From Selaginella moellendorffii (taxonomy: Eukaryota > Plantae > Lycopodiophyta), in assembly GCF_000143415.4 (NCBI RefSeq), contig NW_003314363.1:557400-621399 (forward strand): a DNA stretch of 64,000 nucleotides, given 5' to 3'. Below, one piece after another: positions 60,770 to 64,000 of the stretch. Made by a program: the position numbers and the translations under genes. Under the pieces are notes generated by a model. That model was not told the DNA's origin and ran no database searches. It worked only from the letters and a program-made list of their open reading frames with translations. Numbering within the stretch: position 1 is the first letter of the stretch; each line of letters opens with the position of its first letter.

Positions 60770-61350
60770 CGAAGATGCCTGAAACTAACATGTCATTCTT
60801 TCCAAATTATGCGAGGATGGACTTATGCAAGAAGTACGTGATGTAGATATAATTCATCATAACTTCATGGTATGTAACTCCTTGCTTGCTGCCTATGGTG
60901 AAGGCCTTGAGATATGCATAAGTCTGAAGCATTGTTCAGGATGGGCAAGAGAAGTATAGTGTCCAGTGGTGATTTGGCTTCTTGCAACAACGTGTTTAAA
61001 TAGCACAATGCCAGTATCCATGTAACGTACTCCTATGAAGCTGAACCCATATAACAGTTGATGTATATCGAAATGAGGAACAATCGTGCTAAGAAGGTAA
61101 GCAAAGAGTTTGATTTCTCTTGCCGAGAATGGACTGTACAAAGAAACGGAAATGTTCTTCAAACTAACATGGTGTCGTGGACTTTGCTCTTGCAATCTAG
61201 CAAACTTAAGGAGCCAAGCCGTGAGTTTGAAACTATGCCGGAACAGACTACAATCACCGTAAACTCGATGCTCACAGCATGTGCCCGAGCCAGACTCTCG
61301 ACTTGGTCTTTTGAAACGCCCTTGTGGAAGCGCCTTTGCGAGAATGCCAG
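60770..61350 (+). pseudogene. PLS-class PPR fragments
   Basis: CNSLLAAYG, NMVSWTLLL and FETMPEQTTITVNSMLTACA with stops and frameshifts. Confidence 0.6.
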
Positions 61351-61426
61351 CAAGAAATGTCATGGCCTACCTAGACTGCAATCGCTACTTTTAAATCCGC
61401 CCACACATTAAACTTTATTACACTGA

Positions 61427-62986
61427 CTACTCTACGTAATTGATGTAAACCTCTTTTGGAAGCCTTGGAGTGGCCATGGCTTGCAATGGGGTCTTGAGCT
61501 GCACAGTAGTGAGGAAAACCTCTTCCATGGACGGCGTTGTCCCAGGCACAAAGCTCCAATTGAAGCCATGGATGAGATTTGCCACGAGCAGCTCCACTGA
61601 TCGCAATCCCATGCCCATTCCCGGACACTTTCTCCGCCCAGATCCAAACGGGAGGAGCTCAAAGTTTTGGCCTTTGACATCGATGGAGCTCCCCAAGAAG
61701 CGCTCCGGGTGGAATTGTGTGGGATTCTCCCACACTGCCGGATCCATTCCAATCGCCCATGCATTCACCAGGAGAGTGGTCCCTTTTGGAACGTGAAAGC
61801 CGCCAACGGTTGCTGCTTGCCTTGAGATGCGCGGTATGAGTAAGGCTCCCGGAGGATAGCGTCTGAGTGATTCCTTGAGGACAATCTGGAGGTACTCGAG
61901 CTTTTGGAGGTCCGACTCTTGCACCATCCGAGTGCTGCCCACAACCCTGTCGAGCTCCTCGTGGAGCTTGGCCATGACTCGAGGATTGTGCATCACTGCA
62001 CCCATGAGCCACTCGCTCGCGGTGGTGGTGGTATCAGTACCAGCAATGAACATCTCCTGGGCATTTGTTGCATAAGAAATACCTGTTAGTCGAGAGCAGC
62101 AATCAAGGAGAAGTTTTGCAAAGCTTACCATGAGATTCGCCTTTACGTAAGTCTCCCCTTGTGTCCCTGCTCCAAAGAAGTCGAGCATAATATCGAGGAA
62201 GTCCTTGCATTCCCGTGTCGTCTCCTTGTGCTCCTCAACAATCTTTTGCAAGAACTCGTCTTGCTTGGCATGGATTCGCTTGTAGCGAGGAATCTGCCAG
62301 TCCAGCCATCGCAAGTACCAGGGCACCAAGTTGCTAACACAGGGATTGATCCCCAGCTCAAAAACATTGTTGTTGAGCTTCTTGAATTCTATGGCATGGG
62401 CATCTACGTTTTCATCACCAAAGTACCTCTTGCTCATCAAAATTCGTGATGTGACGTTGAAGGAGAAAACACTGGCCACTTTTCTCACCTCCACAGGTTT
62501 GCCATCGCCATGGGCCTTCAAAATCCCCTCCAACGCACGAGAAAGCTCATCCCTTCTGACCCAAGAGAAGGAGTCGATACACTTGGCCGTGAAGAGCTCC
62601 ATTGTACACAGCTTGCGGGTGTTTCGCCATAGCTCGCCATAGGGACTGGTTGAAATTCCAGAAAAGTTATAGCTGAAGTGGTCGCCTACAACCAAGTACG
62701 GCCTGGAAGCAAAATTTAAATCATGTGTGGTGAAGACCTCTTTGGCAAGCTCCTGGCTGGAGATCACCACAGTTGGGATCATTCCCAGCCTCAAGGAAGT
62801 AATAGGGCCATACTTATTGGCTATGTGTTGCAATGCTCTGTGCAGGGGCATTCTTACTAGCAAGTGTAGGTGGCCAATCAGGGGCAATCCCCATGGACCT
62901 GGTGGAAGATTAGAGCAAGCTTTCAAGAAGCACAAGACCAACAGAGCAATGAAAGTTGTGGAGCTCACAGCAAGTGCTAGATCCAT
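61427..62986 (-). CDS. Cytochrome P450, A-type/CYP71 clan, 495 aa; exons 62986-62129, 62056-61427
   Basis: N-terminal anchor, LPPGPWGLPLIGHL, AGTDTT, ESLR, PERF and FGSGRRKCPG. One phase-0 intron lies just before the I-helix. Confidence 0.95.
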   Translation of the reverse strand: MDLALAVSSTTFIALLVLCFLKACSNLPPGPWGLPLIGHLHLLVRMPLHRALQHIANKYGPITSLRLGMIPTVVISSQELAKEVFTTHDLNFASRPYLVVGDHFSYNFSGISTSPYGELWRNTRKLCTMELFTAKCIDSFSWVRRDELSRALEGILKAHGDGKPVEVRKVASVFSFNVTSRILMSKRYFGDENVDAHAIEFKKLNNNVFELGINPCVSNLVPWYLRWLDWQIPRYKRIHAKQDEFLQKIVEEHKETTRECKDFLDIMLDFFGAGTQGETYVKANLMVSFAKLLLDCCSRLTGISYATNAQEMFIAGTDTTTTASEWLMGAVMHNPRVMAKLHEELDRVVGSTRMVQESDLQKLEYLQIVLKESLRRYPPGALLIPRISRQAATVGGFHVPKGTTLLVNAWAIGMDPAVWENPTQFHPERFLGSSIDVKGQNFELLPFGSGRRKCPGMGMGLRSVELLVANLIHGFNWSFVPGTTPSMEEVFLTTVQLKTPLQAMATPRLPKEVYINYVE

Positions 62987-63084
62987 TTCTGTGGTGCTTG
63001 GTGTCAATATTTCCCTGACTTTTAAAGCCTAGAAGCTTTGGAATGGTTAGTACCTGTAGCTTTTTCCAGAAGGCTAAAAAGTGG

Positions 63085-64000
<916 letters not shown>

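Overview
Eukaryotic land-plant nuclear DNA. The 45-70 nt GT-AG introns, scattered PLS-type PPR debris and CVNH lectins suggest a lycophyte such as Selaginella (inference, not proven). The window has two halves. 1-30.5 kb is gene-dense: EamA transporter (partial), tRNA-Ser(TGA), P-class PPR, three sn-2 GPATs around a GPI-anchored LTP, UBC22 head-to-head with AUGMIN1, PDCD2, a divergent 12-exon RRP45/CER7-like gene with an unrecognised C-terminal half, a GT77-type transferase, a bulb-lectin pseudogene, HVA22-like, acetolactate synthase and two tandem secreted CVNH lectins. 30.5-64 kb is mostly pseudogenes and nested LTR retrotransposons, with one intact CYP71-clan P450. The most notable observations are: (i) a 194-bp solo LTR with a perfect TSD carrying a 5S-rRNA internal promoter (Cassandra-type); (ii) a candidate cutin/suberin cluster of two phosphatase-intact GPATs, one phosphatase-dead GPAT and an LTPG; (iii) the RRP45-like fusion gene sitting between two copies of the PDCD2 3' end; (iv) the 10-Cys CVNH pair; (v) a short-LTR Ty3/gypsy with a 4-bp TSD and a -1 frameshift signal. 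All family calls and exon structures were made by eye from remembered motifs; no searches were run.
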